64,000 bases of DNA. It comes from a virus. Its lineage: Duplodnaviria; Caudoviricetes. Positions within the stretch are counted from its first letter, which is position 1; each line of letters starts with the position of its first letter. Both the position numbers and the translations under genes were made by a program. The notes below the pieces were generated by a model. That model ran no database searches and was not told the origin of the DNA. It saw only the letters and a list, made by a program, of their open reading frames with translations. The DNA lies in the IMG/VR virus record IMGVR_UViG_3300027782_000065, positions 17,664 through 81,663 of that record; one strand, 5' to 3'. This document shows, piece by piece, positions 44,732-54,232 of this stretch.

Positions 44732-45978
44732 TTTTTTTTTATCTTAACAAATCCGATCCCGTGATCTTTAGGGCAACAATTTTCAATTACATCCCATTTT
44801 GTTCTATCTAAATGTTCTAGAAAAATTTTAGGACCAGGATGGCAAGAGGTATCGTGAAATCCAACAATTCCATCATCTGCAAGAAGATTTGTATATTCCC
44901 AATCTAATAGTACTTGATTAATGCTATGCCATCCATCAATAAAAATAAAATCAAATTTTTCTACACCAATCTGTTTAAAAATATTCAAATTCTCACTATA
45001 ATTTGAACTATTATTTTGAATCGTATAAATGTTATTTTCAGAATCTCTTAAAAAAGATCTATCATCTATATCAATACCAACATAGATTGTTTCTTTCTTT
45101 TTATTATTAAAAAATACATGACAGAAAGATTCTGTCGAATTTCTTCCTATTCCAATTTCAAGTATTGCTTTAGCATTATCTCGTAGTTTGTTAAATTGTT
45201 CCAACAAATGATATCTATTACAATCAGTAACTTCAGCATCATAAATTTCATTTTGATTATCATCAATGCCACGAAATCCATATCCATAAGGATGTGGTAA
45301 AGACCAATCTCGATCATCAAATTCAGTGAAGGTCCTAATATCTTCAATTAAATCTTGATTAAATTTCATTTCATCAAACTCCTTTATGTTTTTATTTTCA
45401 AATGCACAATCATATTCATGTAAGGAAGGAACCTGCTCATATCCCATTCCCCTTAACATACATTCAAGATTGTATTTATAATCCCCAAGATGTTTATATT
45501 CAAACTCTATTTTTTTAATTTTATACTTTTTCCAATTAAAATTCAAAAGTATTTCAGATTCTATTCCCTCAATATCAAGTAGAAGATAATCCAAATAGTA
45601 AATATTATATTTTTCAAATAGTTTATCTAATGTTAAGCAAGGAACTTTAAACGATTTAATTTCACCATCTGCTAAACCAGGATTCCATCTCTCATCAGAA
45701 TGATTTAAAACATGCGATAACTTAGAAGAACAAATCTGACCAAAAATATCTGCAGTATTATAAAAAATTTCAAGTTCATTCTCCTTTTCAAAGGGAGATT
45801 TTATTGCAATATTTTCAACATTTACATTATCATAATTTGAATAAGATTCTTTTATCTTATCAATAAAGATAGAATTTGCATCTACAAATAATCCAAATTC
45901 TATCTTAGAATAATTAGATTTTAAATATCTTGATAGATCATCTTCTCCATCATTTGTGCCAATTTGAACTACCCTCAT
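44728..45978 (-). CDS. FkbM-family methyltransferase fused to a second class I SAM methyltransferase domain
   Basis: VQIGTNDG..LFVDAN..LLLDIEG..IEFE; ILEIGIG..DFIFIDGWH..GIVGFHD. Confidence 0.75.
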   Translation of the reverse strand: MRVVQIGTNDGEDDLSRYLKSNYSKIEFGLFVDANSIFIDKIKESYSNYDNVNVENIAIKSPFEKENELEIFYNTADIFGQICSSKLSHVLNHSDERWNPGLADGEIKSFKVPCLTLDKLFEKYNIYYLDYLLLDIEGIESEILLNFNWKKYKIKKIEFEYKHLGDYKYNLECMLRGMGYEQVPSLHEYDCAFENKNIKEFDEMKFNQDLIEDIRTFTEFDDRDWSLPHPYGYGFRGIDDNQNEIYDAEVTDCNRYHLLEQFNKLRDNAKAILEIGIGRNSTESFCHVFFNNKKKETIYVGIDIDDRSFLRDSENNIYTIQNNSSNYSENLNIFKQIGVEKFDFIFIDGWHSINQVLLDWEYTNLLADDGIVGFHDTSCHPGPKIFLEHLDRTKWDVIENCCPKDHGIGFVKIKKK

Positions 45979-46883
45979 TATAAAAATCTCTCCACTATTT
46001 TTTTAGTTGTTAAATTATTTTTAGTATGATTGAAAATATAATCATTAATCCAGTCATAATTTGGATGGACTTCATACCTTCTAGCGTATTTATTAGTTTC
46101 CAAAAATACTTCTTTTGGAAAATCCATCATCACAAAAGGAGGACAATCCCCAATATCCGGAAAATATGGAATACATTTATTTGCAAGAATTTCAAGATGC
46201 CTCATACAATTCCATTGACCTTTTTTCCAAGTCATCCCATAATAAGATTTTGCATAATCATTATAATATGATTCTTCATCATTGTAAATGTATGTTTTTC
46301 TATCTCCAGGAATAATATCTGCAAATATTTTTTCCTTCTTTGGATTTTCTTTGATTAATTGAGATTCTGGTATGCCAAAACAAATTGGATTTGCTGCTCC
46401 AATACTTTCCAATTGTGTTTTCCAAACGGTTCCATATGATGCTATTCCATTTGAATGAGCAAAGTTCCACGGATTATCTGATCCATCAATAAAATGAATT
46501 TTATCTTTTGGATAATATTTGACAACCTCATCAAGATAATCTAAACATTGCCTTCTTGGCATTCCTTCATGAGTATAAACACATCCGTAAATTATAATGT
46601 CATAAAATTTGGATTTTATTTTATGAACAATAGTAGATTCAGATTGAACTCTAGGTGTATGATTTAATTTACCATATAAAGTAAATGTAGTATTAGGCAT
46701 TCCACCATATATGTAATTTGACACATCATCATATATGCTTTCTTTTTTAAATTGAAATCCGGACATCATATACTGTGGATAATGAGTTTCATAAATTTCA
46801 AATCCACTATCAATTAAACCATGGTAAATTGTATCGGATTGATAATCTGGATAAGCAAAATTATAGACATATAAAATTTTCAT
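45978..46883 (-). CDS. putative glycosyltransferase-related protein (start MKILYV)
   Basis: DYQSD..YHGL..FIDGSD..KKGQWNCMRHLEILAN.CIPYF pattern seen in glycan islands. Confidence 0.5.
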   Translation of the reverse strand: MKILYVYNFAYPDYQSDTIYHGLIDSGFEIYETHYPQYMMSGFQFKKESIYDDVSNYIYGGMPNTTFTLYGKLNHTPRVQSESTIVHKIKSKFYDIIIYGCVYTHEGMPRRQCLDYLDEVVKYYPKDKIHFIDGSDNPWNFAHSNGIASYGTVWKTQLESIGAANPICFGIPESQLIKENPKKEKIFADIIPGDRKTYIYNDEESYYNDYAKSYYGMTWKKGQWNCMRHLEILANKCIPYFPDIGDCPPFVMMDFPKEVFLETNKYARRYEVHPNYDWINDYIFNHTKNNLTTKKIVERFL

Positions 46884-46887
46884 AGTT

Positions 46888-48507
46888 TTATTTTCCTTTT
46901 CTCCAAAAAACTGAGTATTTATTAATATCCACAATAGTATCCGTTATATTATGCTTATTTCTATAATCAACAACTGCTTTATGTGCTCCAGGAAGTGTCC
47001 AATCATCAACTATTAAATATCCACCTGCAGATAATCTTGGATATAAATTTTCTAATGCATCCCATGTAGAACCATACATATCACCATCTAATCTAATTAA
47101 TGAAAAAATTTCATTTTTCAGTGTCGGTAAAGTATTTTCAAACCACCCCTTCACAAAAATAATATTTTCATCTAATAAATCATATGCTTTAAAATTGTTA
47201 CTAACTTCATCAATCGATATTTTCATATAATCACACATCCAATGAGGATCTCCTTCTTCATCTGGAAATCTTTCTATATTAGGATATGGCAAACCTTCAA
47301 ATGAATCGGCAACAAAAATTTTTCTTTTTTGCTCATAAATTTTTATTAAACCTGCCATAAAAATAGTAGAACCTCCTCTCCACACACCAGTTTCAATCAA
47401 ATCTCCAGGAATATTATCTTTCATAACAGTATCAAAACACTCCTGAATATTATCAAGTCTCTTTAGACCTATCATAGATTGTGATCTTTTACTTGTAGTT
47501 AAACAATCTTCGGTTACACAAACACCATCCAAATGATCCTCTCTCAAAAGTTCATGGTTATATAAGGCATCTGTTACACTTTTTTTCAATAAATTTAAAT
47601 ACAAAAACTTAGTATTGTCTGTTGGAAAATTTTGAAAATTTCTAAAGAACTTTTCAGGAAAAAACTTAATTATTAATTTTTTTAAATCTTCTGGATAATT
47701 ATTAAAATCATAATCAGAACATGATATAGATTCATCGTAATATAATTTTTTATTTTTTATACAATTCTCAAGATAAATTTCATTTGTTAAATTTTCATTA
47801 TTAACTTCTTGATGAGCAAATGAATTAATTTTCAATTTAATTTTTTCAACATCTCCAAAATAAGTAAAATGCCATCCAGCATTTTCAATAAAATCAGTTA
47901 CTATCTCCATTTCATCTCTTTGATTTTGATCAAAATATTTAAAAACTCCACGCATAAACTCAGATCCATTTTTAATACAAGTGTCAACTGTTGCAACCGA
48001 TGTTCCCACCCATTGATCAGTTAAATATATATTAAAATTATAAACAAATGCTTGATGTTTTAAACCTACAACGGTATCATGATTTATAGTATTATCTAAA
48101 AAATTTTTTACAACTTTTTTTTTTGGAATTTCGTCCAAATCACTCACCATTATAATATCATCAGGAGAAAATTGGTCCAGATTTTTACTAATAAAATTTC
48201 TTTGTTCCTTTTCTAATCTCCAAGCATCATTATAGTAATACCTCCCATCAATTTCATATTTAATTCTAATAATTTTTTTGCGAATATTCTCAGGAATATC
48301 ATCAATTACTTCATCCAAATAATATGGTTTTGGAATTGCTGAATAAGTGTGATTGCATTCACAGATTAAAAAATAATCTACAATATCATTCAAATAATTT
48401 AAACGAAGTTTAAGTAAGTCAAATTCATTAAAAAATGAAAATGAATCAATTATTTTTTTGTTGTTTTTGTAAGAATTAAATTTATTCATAGTTAAATAAT
48501 AATCCAA
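46888..48507 (-). CDS. GT17-like N-acetylglucosaminyltransferase fused to TylF/MycF-type O-methyltransferase
   Basis: FSFFNEFDLL.LRL..SDLDEIP..GWHFTYFG; MIGLKRL..PGDLIETGVWRGG..DSFEG..RLDGDMY..IVDD. Confidence 0.8.
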   Translation of the reverse strand: MDYYLTMNKFNSYKNNKKIIDSFSFFNEFDLLKLRLNYLNDIVDYFLICECNHTYSAIPKPYYLDEVIDDIPENIRKKIIRIKYEIDGRYYYNDAWRLEKEQRNFISKNLDQFSPDDIIMVSDLDEIPKKKVVKNFLDNTINHDTVVGLKHQAFVYNFNIYLTDQWVGTSVATVDTCIKNGSEFMRGVFKYFDQNQRDEMEIVTDFIENAGWHFTYFGDVEKIKLKINSFAHQEVNNENLTNEIYLENCIKNKKLYYDESISCSDYDFNNYPEDLKKLIIKFFPEKFFRNFQNFPTDNTKFLYLNLLKKSVTDALYNHELLREDHLDGVCVTEDCLTTSKRSQSMIGLKRLDNIQECFDTVMKDNIPGDLIETGVWRGGSTIFMAGLIKIYEQKRKIFVADSFEGLPYPNIERFPDEEGDPHWMCDYMKISIDEVSNNFKAYDLLDENIIFVKGWFENTLPTLKNEIFSLIRLDGDMYGSTWDALENLYPRLSAGGYLIVDDWTLPGAHKAVVDYRNKHNITDTIVDINKYSVFWRKGK

Positions 48508-49247
48508 TTAGGAAGGTATAAATCTTTAGTATTCCAGTTGGATAAAGATCCATTTGGAGAAAACCAGTTTTTAGGAGCAATAGTTTGTTTGCTATTTGCC
48601 AACCAAGATCCCCACCAAGAAAATGAAGAGTTGGCAATAATATGATAATCACAAAGAGACATCAAGCAAATATCATAAAAAGGATCTTGAAATGGAGAGA
48701 TGATAAATGGATCTGTTTTAAATACATTTTTACACCACTCCGGATCATCACTAAAAACTATCACTGGAAAGTTTGGTAGAAGTTTTAATGCGTTCCAATA
48801 ATAATCAAGTGAAAGGCACTCAAAATTTGGATCGCTAGTATAATCACCTCTTCTAATATGTAGTGATATTATTTTAGTGTTTATAAAATTATTTTTGTAA
48901 GACAAACATTCTTCAAGTATTCTATCATGAAAAGTAAAGTCTTGTCTAATTTGTTGCTCTATGTGCTTAAAATATTTTTCCGATTGAAAGTATCCACACA
49001 CATCAACATCATCAGGGCAATTATTAAAAAACTCCTCATCAAATTCAAACTTTTCTACATTCACAACACTATGATTGTTATTGGACAATGTTTCTGGTAT
49101 TTTAAAACATTGACTCAAAGAAGTATTTGATGGTACAGAATACCAATATCCTTTGTGTGTTGCTATTCCTTTAACTCCAGCATACTGAAACATTTGGTTT
49201 CCCAAATATCCAATATATCCCATATTATTAAATGATATCATTACCAA
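48492..49247 (-). CDS. GT11 alpha-1,2-fucosyltransferase-like protein
   Basis: GYLGNQMFQYA; GYFQSEKYF; SLHIRRGDY; FSDD; IIANSSFSWWG. Confidence 0.9.
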   Translation of the reverse strand: MVMISFNNMGYIGYLGNQMFQYAGVKGIATHKGYWYSVPSNTSLSQCFKIPETLSNNNHSVVNVEKFEFDEEFFNNCPDDVDVCGYFQSEKYFKHIEQQIRQDFTFHDRILEECLSYKNNFINTKIISLHIRRGDYTSDPNFECLSLDYYWNALKLLPNFPVIVFSDDPEWCKNVFKTDPFIISPFQDPFYDICLMSLCDYHIIANSSFSWWGSWLANSKQTIAPKNWFSPNGSLSNWNTKDLYLPNWIII

Positions 49248-49996
49248 TTCACCAAATCAGGATACCAAACTTTTCTAAAATCTTGTCCATTATTAATTCT
49301 AACTGGAAAGTCAATTCTATTTGGAACTAAATTCATATTTTTTAAATGTAACTTCAACATCCTTTCAGGATAATATTTAATTGATTGCATATAATGAAAA
49401 TTATTATAAAGATTGGAATACAAATTTATCGCATGAGAATTTCCAATAGCAAATTGATCATTAATTGAATCATCACCCCAATCTTCCCCAGAAGGAATGT
49501 TTAAATTAGGATCTAAGAAACTAATATCTAAAGATTGGTATTTAAAATCACTATCAGTTCTCATTCTAATTACCCAATCAAAGATCATATTATTTTCTTT
49601 CTCATATTCCTTTTTAAGTTGATTTGCTTTGTATATCGAATAATACATACTGATTGGTCCCACATCAAGTCTTGGACATTCGTCTTCCGAATCTGTTGAA
49701 GGAACAAATTTTAAAGTACTTAAAAGATTTTCAAATTTTTTTTCACACTCATCATAATTTTCAATCAAAAGTTTTTCATAATTATAATATTCCAAAGAAG
49801 ATAAATTAGTCTCAACAGTTTTATCTACTTCTTTATGGTCTAATCCATGTAAAGTTTTTACAAATGCAGATCTATCTTTTATCTTCCATGTATGAATGAA
49901 TACTTTTACATATTCATTTGGTATAATTTTTCGAATACTTTGAAGGCCTAAATGTGGATATCTGACTCCCCCAGAAATACAAACCGCTATTTTCAT
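49241..49996 (-). CDS. glycan-island protein, putative glycosyltransferase
   Basis: KIAVCISG..VFIHTW..SMYYSI..FDWVIRMRTD..INDQFAIG..PE..L..HL. Confidence 0.55.
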   Translation of the reverse strand: MKIAVCISGGVRYPHLGLQSIRKIIPNEYVKVFIHTWKIKDRSAFVKTLHGLDHKEVDKTVETNLSSLEYYNYEKLLIENYDECEKKFENLLSTLKFVPSTDSEDECPRLDVGPISMYYSIYKANQLKKEYEKENNMIFDWVIRMRTDSDFKYQSLDISFLDPNLNIPSGEDWGDDSINDQFAIGNSHAINLYSNLYNNFHYMQSIKYYPERMLKLHLKNMNLVPNRIDFPVRINNGQDFRKVWYPDLVNW

Positions 49997-50973
49997 TCTT
50001 CAAAAATATACTCCTTTACAAATTTTTGATTAACTCTTAATAGATATGCAGCATTATCCTGAAAACCAAAAGTAATCAAATAGTCATCACCATATTCACA
50101 CATACCAACAGCAAACTCAATCTCTGCTTCAAGAAAAGAAAATCTTCTCGATACTTTTACAATATTCCAATCTTTATCCCAGACAATAAAACGGTGGCGA
50201 TATGTGCCATCTTTTCTTCCGGCAGGACTCTTAAACAAGAATGTTTCATGATTAAGTGCCAGACGATATTCACCGAAAGGAATCACCTGAGATCCACCAC
50301 GAAGATCAATACACCCAAGATCTTTCCATGCAGTAACTGCCACCTGAGTTGTTTGTCCGGTATGAATATCATACTTAACAACTTCAGTACCATTAGTCCA
50401 TTTCACAAAGTGATAAGGCATGTCAAGAATTGGCATCCAATTCTTTTCACAATAAGATTTATTGTCACCAGGAGTTGGAATTCTATATTGATTAATCTCC
50501 TTCACACCATTCTCAGTAATTTCAATTTCGCAAAGTTCCATTCTTCCAGTACCAATCGTATCAAGATCTCTCCTAACACCACAAGTATAAAGTTTTCTAT
50601 CCCAACGGACAATACGAGCATCCTCTAATCCAACAAATTCCCAAAGTTCTTTATCTGGGTGTTTTGAAGTATCAATACGATGATGCTGCCTAATTCTCAT
50701 ATTTTCATCCATTTCGCACATAAAATTCCATGTGCGAAGACGGAGATCATTCTCAGGATGAATATACACCAAAGGACCCCAATGATGCTCAAACTTCTTT
50801 TTTTCAGAATGATATAAGGTATAATTAATATTCCTAAGATTTACAAGAATTTTACCATTATCATTGTAGATAGATGGGTTTGTAATTGCTGGTCCTTGCA
50901 AATCAGATGTGGGAATTATAAGTGGATGAATAGATCCACCATTTTCGAGGGCAAGTTTGACAAAGTTGCTCAT
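49993..50973 (-). CDS. five-bladed beta-propeller glycosidase/phosphorylase-like protein (GH130/GH43-like)
   Basis: NPSI..LRNINY; GLEDARI; CEKNWMP; LRGGSQ; YRHRF; IEFAVG; ITFGFQD. Confidence 0.6.
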   Translation of the reverse strand: MSNFVKLALENGGSIHPLIIPTSDLQGPAITNPSIYNDNGKILVNLRNINYTLYHSEKKKFEHHWGPLVYIHPENDLRLRTWNFMCEMDENMRIRQHHRIDTSKHPDKELWEFVGLEDARIVRWDRKLYTCGVRRDLDTIGTGRMELCEIEITENGVKEINQYRIPTPGDNKSYCEKNWMPILDMPYHFVKWTNGTEVVKYDIHTGQTTQVAVTAWKDLGCIDLRGGSQVIPFGEYRLALNHETFLFKSPAGRKDGTYRHRFIVWDKDWNIVKVSRRFSFLEAEIEFAVGMCEYGDDYLITFGFQDNAAYLLRVNQKFVKEYIFEE

Positions 50974-50994
50974 ACTTTTTACAAATTTAATATC

Positions 50995-51023
50995 AGTATA
51001 TCATATTTAAACTCATTTGTCCA
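50995..51023 (-). promoter_or_regulatory. sigma70-type promoter heading the glycosylation island
   Basis: TGGACA, 17 nt, TG-a-TATACT; the spacer also holds a late-like TTAAATA. Confidence 0.6.
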
Positions 51024-51414
51024 TTACACGCTGTTTCAAATCCCATTCAAGATTTTCTTCATTCCATTCATAATAATACATATTATTTTTTTGTTCTTCG
51101 GTAAGTTTTGGTTCTGGAACAGAAGATTCCCAATCATAAGTTTCTATATTTAAAACCCAAGATGAATATGGTTTAGGTAATAGAAATACATTATGCTCTT
51201 CATTATAGGTCATTCCAATTCCAGCATAACGACATCTAAAGGAATTATTATAGGATGTCTGTTTCCATTTAGTAGTTGCCCCAAATAATTTCTTACAAAA
51301 TCCAATACCAATTTCTTCAACCTCATTTCCATTTAGGTCGGAGGTATCGTCATTTGATACAACAATTACTTGTTTAACTATATTATTTTCATCCAATTCT
51401 GCAAAATGTGCCAT
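51013..51414 (-). CDS. conserved phage protein (MAHFA family), paralog of 55631..56023
   Basis: MAHFAELDENN.V..V.VV..WKQTSYNNSFRCRYAGIGM.Y..FL..PY.SW.LN...W. Confidence 0.75.
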   Translation of the reverse strand: MAHFAELDENNIVKQVIVVSNDDTSDLNGNEVEEIGIGFCKKLFGATTKWKQTSYNNSFRCRYAGIGMTYNEEHNVFLLPKPYSSWVLNIETYDWESSVPEPKLTEEQKNNMYYYEWNEENLEWDLKQRVMDK

Positions 51415-51429
51415 AGATCTATTTTCAAT

Positions 51430-52404
51430 TTATGTATAATTTATATATCGGAGAATCACAATACCAGATCCACCAGATCCGCCAGATCCACCACCAGGAG
51501 ATGCTGCACCACCTCCACCACCTCCACCAGTATTTAGGGTTCCTGCAGTTCCATTTCTCAATGATGGTGCTACTGCACTGGGAATACCTCCAGCTCCACC
51601 TCCTCCAGATCCACCTGATCCTGCAGTTCCTGGACTAGCACCGCCTCCCCCACCAGCAAAAAATCTACCAGGAGTAGGGCCAGGAGTTCCGTAAGAAGGT
51701 GGAATACCAGAATCTCCTAAAAATGCTCTTCTACCATTACCTCCATTACCACCAGGTCCTCCAGGACCAGGTGAAGTTCCAGGAGTTCCAGCACCACCGG
51801 CACCGCCGCCACCACCTGATGCAAATGATAATATTGCACAATATCCACCAGGAGTTCCTTGATCTATTGTTCCATCACCACCATGATATTGTGATGTTCC
51901 TCCCCCTCCACCACCACCCGATCCACCAGGATTTCCGCTAACTGGTTGAGGCCAAACTCCACCTACTCCACCAGCAATCGCAGTTTTAGTGACAAATAAT
52001 GAGGGTCCAGAAATAGAAGAATTAGAAGTAGATCCCCCAACAGTAATTGTATAAGGTCCAGGATAAAATAAAGTATTACCTTCTAAAAATCCTCCGGCAC
52101 CTCCTCCACCACCAGAAGTATCAGTAAATGTACCGCTTCCAGAAGCACCAGTGGCGCCACCAGCAATTACAGCATAATCTATATAAATTTCACCACCAGA
52201 AATAGTAAGTGGACCTGTGCCAGTAAAAACGGTATAGGTATAACCATTTCCGGGAGAAAATGTAGCATTTCCACCAGAAATAACTGCTTTACTCACCCAT
52301 TTTTGTTTTCTAAGTAAAAATGATTGGGAGGATAAATTAAAAAGTCCCCCATCAGAGTAAGAACTTACACCAAATCCAATTCTATTTCCAAGATGCTTTG
52401 ACAT
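51430..52404 (-). CDS. glycine-rich domain virion protein
   Basis: Y.VFTGTG..DYAVIAGG..GGGGAGG..NTGGGGGG..GGSGIVILRY. Confidence 0.7.
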   Translation of the reverse strand: MSKHLGNRIGFGVSSYSDGGLFNLSSQSFLLRKQKWVSKAVISGGNATFSPGNGYTYTVFTGTGPLTISGGEIYIDYAVIAGGATGASGSGTFTDTSGGGGGAGGFLEGNTLFYPGPYTITVGGSTSNSSISGPSLFVTKTAIAGGVGGVWPQPVSGNPGGSGGGGGGGTSQYHGGDGTIDQGTPGGYCAILSFASGGGGGAGGAGTPGTSPGPGGPGGNGGNGRRAFLGDSGIPPSYGTPGPTPGRFFAGGGGGASPGTAGSGGSGGGGAGGIPSAVAPSLRNGTAGTLNTGGGGGGGAASPGGGSGGSGGSGIVILRYINYT

Positions 52405-52415
52405 TTAACTATCCT

Positions 52416-53354
52416 TTAAGAATATACATATCGAACAATTACAATTCCAGAACCACCTGCCGATCCCAGACCGCCATCGCTTCCACCACCCCCACCAGAT
52501 CCAGTATTAATTTTTCCAGGAGATCCAGAATCACCTTGACCACCCCCATTTCCTCCGCCGCCGCTGCCACCAAGTGCTGGAGTATTAAAACCAGGATCTC
52601 CGCCGCCAGCTCCACCACCAGCAAACCAACGTCCAGCAGTAGGTCCAGGCATTCCATAAGCACCAGGTAATCCAGTATCACCACTAAAAGCAGTCTTACC
52701 TGCACCACCTGCGCCACCAGTTGATGATGATGGACTAGTAGATTCACCTGAACCTCCTGCTCCTCCACCACCACCAGCTGGATTAAATGTAGGAGAATTT
52801 CCACCAGGAGTTCCTTGTGGCGGTGATACAGCTGGAACATTTCCAGATCCACCAAGTGATGTTCCCGTTGCACCATCCCCAGCACCGCCGCCCGATCCAC
52901 CTGAAGTTCCATTACCATTTGGAACTCCTCCACCTCCACCTGTCTGAGAAGTTATAGTAGTAAATAAAGGAGGTCCTCCAATAGAAGAATTAGATCCTGC
53001 ACCACCTACAGTGATTGTATATACACCTGATCCAAGTTGAATTGTTGAGCTCCTAAAACCACCTGCTCCGCCACCGCCCCCACCGCCAAAAGAAGGAGGA
53101 GAAGGAGATCCAGCACCTGCTCCACCACCAGCAATTACAAGATATTCAACAGAACCACCACTATTTACAGTTAGTGTTCCAGTGCTTCCAAAAACATGAT
53201 ACCTATAACCATTTCCCGGAATATGAGGTGTTCCTCCTGCTATATCAATTCTATTCCAAATATTTGTTTTCTTAAGAACTTGCTGAGATAAACTATTAAA
53301 AAATCCACCATTATCTGGAGATGCGCCAACAAAATTACCAATATCTCTAGTCAT
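52416..53354 (-). CDS. glycine-rich domain virion protein
   Basis: YHVFGSTG..VEYLVIAGGG..NTGSGGGG..GGSGIVIVRY. Confidence 0.7.
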   Translation of the reverse strand: MTRDIGNFVGASPDNGGFFNSLSQQVLKKTNIWNRIDIAGGTPHIPGNGYRYHVFGSTGTLTVNSGGSVEYLVIAGGGAGAGSPSPPSFGGGGGGGAGGFRSSTIQLGSGVYTITVGGAGSNSSIGGPPLFTTITSQTGGGGGVPNGNGTSGGSGGGAGDGATGTSLGGSGNVPAVSPPQGTPGGNSPTFNPAGGGGGAGGSGESTSPSSSTGGAGGAGKTAFSGDTGLPGAYGMPGPTAGRWFAGGGAGGGDPGFNTPALGGSGGGGNGGGQGDSGSPGKINTGSGGGGGSDGGLGSAGGSGIVIVRYVYS

Positions 53355-53359
53355 TTTTA

Positions 53360-53734
53360 TTAACTAATAGTCTCATAAGATGCGACAATATCAATAGAAT
53401 TTGCAGTTCCAGCAATTGCTCCTATTGAACGATTTTCTTCAATATAAACTGGCGTATCTTTTCCAATAAGTGCTAATGTAGATCCAGAAGGAACTGCGAT
53501 TGTGGTTCCTATTGAAACAGAAGTTCCAGCACCTGCAGATGCTCCAAAAAATTTAACCGTAATATTTGCAGAAGTTGCTGTAATATTAGATGCAAGCAAT
53601 GTATTAACCTTCAATACAGTATTACTTGATGAAGCATTAGAAATAATTACAGATGGTGATGTAGTACTAATACCTCCAACAAAAGTAGTAATTCCAATAA
53701 TTGAGGTTACATTGACAATATTTGGTGCTGCCAT
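53360..53734 (-). CDS. small beta-rich virion protein (MAAPNI family, putative adaptor)
   Basis: Paralog of 2841..3224. Confidence 0.65.
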   Translation of the reverse strand: MAAPNIVNVTSIIGITTFVGGISTTSPSVIISNASSSNTVLKVNTLLASNITATSANITVKFFGASAGAGTSVSIGTTIAVPSGSTLALIGKDTPVYIEENRSIGAIAGTANSIDIVASYETIS

Positions 53735-53767
53735 TTATTTTATCTTCTTTTTTAAATTATTTATAAA

Positions 53768-53977
53768 TTATCCAGGAGTCAACCAAGCAAGCATTGAAAG
53801 ACCCCTTCTATTCGCAGAATAGATTCCTTGAGTACCCTGTCCAAGATCTCCGCCACCAAGACCTTGAACTGCCTGCGTTCCTTGAAAACTTTGAATACCT
53901 TGAATACCTTGAAAACTTTGAAGACCTTGAAGACCCCTATTATTTGATGCTAGATATGCGGATAAAGATGTTGGCAT
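53768..53977 (-). CDS. 69-aa mini-collagen
   Basis: MPTSLSAYL cap, short GXQ tract, GLSMLAWLTPG tail. Confidence 0.7.
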   Translation of the reverse strand: MPTSLSAYLASNNRGLQGLQSFQGIQGIQSFQGTQAVQGLGGGDLGQGTQGIYSANRRGLSMLAWLTPG

Positions 53978-53993
53978 TTTTATTAGAACTAAC

Positions 53994-54203
53994 TTATGAT
54001 GGAGATAACCAAGAAATTACAGCAAGACCCATATCAGATCTTCCTTGAACACCCTGCGTTCCTTGAATATCATATGATCCTATTGTACCTTGTAACCCTT
54101 GTAACCCTTGAAGACCTTGAATACCTTGAAGACCTTGAGTACCTTGAAGACCTTGAAGTCCAGTATATGTTGTTCCTAAAAAACTAGATAAAGAAGTTGG
54201 CAT
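53994..54203 (-). CDS. 69-aa mini-collagen, paralog of 53768..53977
   Basis: MPTSLSSFL cap, about 12 GXQ triplets, GLAVISWLSPS tail; ATAAATA late promoter at 54225-54231. Confidence 0.7.
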   Translation of the reverse strand: MPTSLSSFLGTTYTGLQGLQGTQGLQGIQGLQGLQGLQGTIGSYDIQGTQGVQGRSDMGLAVISWLSPS

Positions 54204-54232
54204 TTTTATATTATAATATTTAGTTATTTATT

